A DNA stretch of 64,000 nucleotides from the human T2T-CHM13v2.0 reference genome, Homo sapiens. The position numbers and the translations under genes are program-made. This document shows, piece after piece, positions 60,056-64,000 of this stretch; position 1 is the stretch's first letter; each line of letters opens with the position of its first letter. The notes beneath the pieces are model-generated. The model was not told the origin of the DNA, made no database searches, and saw nothing but the letters and a program-made list of their open reading frames with translations. The stretch lies in NCBI RefSeq assembly GCF_009914755.1, contig NC_060930.1. One strand, given 5' to 3'.

Positions 60056-60701
60056 TCTGGAACTATTTTTACCTGATCTAATCATAGCCATATAATCATA
60101 ACTCTGAGTTCTAGCAGAGCTGAATTTCTGCATTAAGAACATCTATGCTAATAAAATGATTTGTTACACCCAATAGCTTATGTTGATGATTTATGATATG
60201 TTGTGAACACAATCGTTTAAAACATATATTTTTTGGCACTCTATTTGTCTCAAGTCCTTAATGTGTGAGAATTCAATCTTCAGTAGGTTCATAAAACTCA
60301 TGTTTTGGGCAGGAGCCTTAATCCCTTGAATCACGGTAAGGGAAACTTGTGTTGAGTTGAACTGAATGTCTTATAAAAATCCTTCTGGTTTCTATGTCCT
60401 CATTCATTTGGATCCAGCTGTGTTAAAATGGCCATCTGATACTGTCTTTTACCCGGAAGAGAATACTGCTTTAATTTAAATGTGCCCTGTTGTCACATCT
60501 GCCCAGGTGTTCAGGTATTACTCTTTGGTACCCTGTATGATGGAACAATAAGCACTGTTTTGGAATTGTCTGTTTACTTGTCTATCTTCTAGATTAGATT
60601 GTTACCAACTCAAAATCCCTAGCACCTGACATGATGCCCAACAGAAGCTAGATGTTCTGGTCAGTAAATGCCTTTTGAATGAACGAGAATAAGCAAATGT
60701 T

Positions 60702-61332
<631 letters not shown>

Positions 61333-61359
61333 TCATAATTACGAAGAAATGATAATGCA

Positions 61360-61900
61360 CCTGGCATAGAGCTAGGTTCTGGCTCCAGGTCATTGTGGCC
61401 CAGAACAGACATGCCAACTGCTCCAATAGGCTTTCATTTGGGGAGTGAGGAACAGACAATAATGAAGGCTTCACACAAAGTAGTGTTCAGTTACAAGTTG
61501 AGATAAGTGCTTTGAAGCAAAGGGACATATGGCAAATAAGACTGACCTAGACTTTGGGAGTTGAAAAGGCTTCCCAGAGAAAGTGGCATTTAAGATAAAA
61601 CCTGCAGGATGAAGAGGAATTAATGATAGGCAGTAGGTAGGGAAGACAGGAAAGCATCTCAGGCTGAGGGAACAGTTGTGCAAATGGTCTGTGGTGGGCA
61701 GGAACATGGTGGGGATCAAAGAGGTTTTCAGAAGACAAACCTGGGAGACAGGTCAGGGTCAGACTATTCATGGCTTAGGAGATCTCATTGAAGATGCCCT
61801 GCTTTGTCTTAGGAGCAATGGTTTCCCTTTTAAAAGTTGTATGGGAAGGTACAGGAGTGCTAGGATCAGATTTGCACTTTATAAGGATTACCCTATGCTA
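61360..61900 (-). mobile_element. L2 fragment
   Basis: aaggcttcccagagaaagtggcatttaag...gaaagcatctcaggctgagggaacagttgtgcaaa. Confidence 0.7.
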
Positions 61901-61939
61901 GGAACTAGCCTGATATTTTGCAAACGTAAATAAAGAGAA

Positions 61940-62790
61940 AGAATCAAATATTTATTCTTGGTTGCCACATAACTTGTACCTCAAAATAACCAAATAGTAT
62001 ATGAAGATAAATTTCTCTATAGATGTGTTCCAGGTAATACATGAAAAGGAGTGATAGGATACCATCATTCCGCAATCCATAGTGAATTATATGTTTAGGC
62101 AATAATTATCGATAGATGTTAACTTTACAAAAGAGACAAGCAGACAAGATTCCTGGAAATAAATAATACCACCGTTTGATAGACTTGTCAAAAAAAAAAA
62201 TCAAACCTGAATCTGCCCAAGCTTCTAGACCTGACTAGCATATTTTTAGGAAATGTGGGACCAAGGGAATGTGCTACCCATAGCATGGAGACGAATTCAA
62301 TACAGTCCAAATCCTGGGAAATTCTACAGGATGAACCACTTGGATTATTTCAACAAAGAAATTATAAGAGGGACAGAAGAGAGATGGAGGGGAACCTATA
62401 GATTAAAAGAGATTTACATAAATGTGTGGACCTTATTTGGATTCTGATTTGGACATACTAACTGTAAAACAAAACAAAACATTTATGAGACACTTGGGGT
62501 AATTTGAACACTGGCTGGATATTTGATGATATTAAGGGATTACGTATTATTCTTAAGTGTGATAATGTTATTTTGATTATGTTTAAACAACAACAAATAG
62601 CTTTCCTATCTTTTAGAGATACTCACTGAAATATTTATGAATAGAATGATGTGATGTCTGGGATTTTCTTCCAAGTTGGTGAATGTTGAAGCTGAGGGAT
62701 GGGTCAATGGGAGTTCACTTTCTCTTCTTTTCTGCTTTTGTTTATGATTGACATCTTCCATTATAAAGAGTTTTGAAAAGTTATGGGAAA
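61940..62790 (+). mobile_element. L1MC/L1ME 3' region
   Basis: aacctgaatctgcccaagcttctagac...gtggaccttatttggattctgattt...atttgaacactggctggatatttgatgatattaagg...ttttagagatactcactgaaatattta. Confidence 0.78.
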
Positions 62791-63422
62791 AAGGAAAAAA
62801 GAGATCACCTTTGGTTTGACTTTTCCCCTCACCCCTCAAATCCTCAGTATGTTTCAGTTGAAATTTATCAGCTGGTCACACTTTAATGTATTACTATATT
62901 AAAGAATTTTAATTTTAATATCTTTATATATTAACATGTTTTAATGCTTATTAGACTGATTGCTTTTTAAAACATTTTAATACGTGTTAATTGTGGAAAA
63001 TTTGGATATGTAAGAAAAGCCCAATGAAGACAATTAATAGCACCGATAATCCCACTACTTTGGAGAGAGCTATAGTTAATATTTTTGAGTGTTCGATCTC
63101 ATCAGGAATATATACATATTAAAACATAATTTTAATTATTAAGCAACAAATTTTCTGCTTCTATTTTTTAGCAGCTCATTGTGACCATTTTCCCAAGGCA
63201 TTAGGGGTTCTGTTATAAACAAATTTTAGTGGCTGTTTAGTGTTAACATCCATAGACATCTATGGCAAAATTTACTTAATTCTCTCTCGTTAAACACTAA
63301 ATTAAAAAAAAAAGTCTGTTGTGGAAATGATGCTCTAATAAATAGACTTATAAATATATCTTTTATACATTCTGATTATTTCCTTTGCGTACATTCCTAT
63401 AGTTAAATTGCTGGGTCAGTGA

Positions 63423-63748
<326 letters not shown>

Positions 63749-64000
63749 TTTTGTAGCAATTTTATAAGCCTTTGAAATGTTGACACTGATTTGCACTCCT
63801 GTAAGCTATATATGAGCATGCTTATTTATTCTGTGCTCTATCAACTCTGAATATTATGAATAAAATTTTTTGGCCAGTTTGTTGATGAAAAATAGTGTTA
63901 AATAGTTTTAGTTGGCATTTTTCTGATTATGACTGCCTTTGAACATTTTTTCCTGTTTATTACTCACTAGTTTTTCAGTTACCAGACATATCCTTTGTAC

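Overview
Primate (human-like) genomic DNA, very Alu-dense (about 65 Alu copies or fragments), with older L1M, L2, MIR, MaLR/ERV LTR and DNA-transposon relics. No intact, recognisable protein-coding gene is present, and nearly all ORFs in the supplied track are Alu-, LTR- or GC-composition artefacts. The central feature is a CpG-island promoter at about 22.9-25.4 kb for a + strand transcript. It has a first exon ending at a perfect donor (25316), a 253-nt second exon (27317-27569), and candidate downstream exons at 43311-43464 and 55231-~55435. I cannot name the gene with confidence. The most notable observations are: (i) a spliced ORF invisible to the six-frame track, 96 codons open across exons 1 and 2 and extendable to 150 aa through a candidate poly(A)-bearing terminal exon; (ii) minus-strand, phase-compatible, stop-interrupted exon-like blocks at 8.9-9.8 kb and 14.5-15.3 kb that may be a decayed gene or spliced divergent transcript; (iii) a poly(A)-tailed retrocopy of an ERV1 LTR 3' end at 48.2 kb; (iv) inverted Alus bracketing exon 2 (circRNA geometry); and (v) MER41B and MER61-type LTRs with altered transcription-factor motifs. 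Repeat family calls come from recalled consensus sequences, not a database run, and repeat boundaries are approximate.
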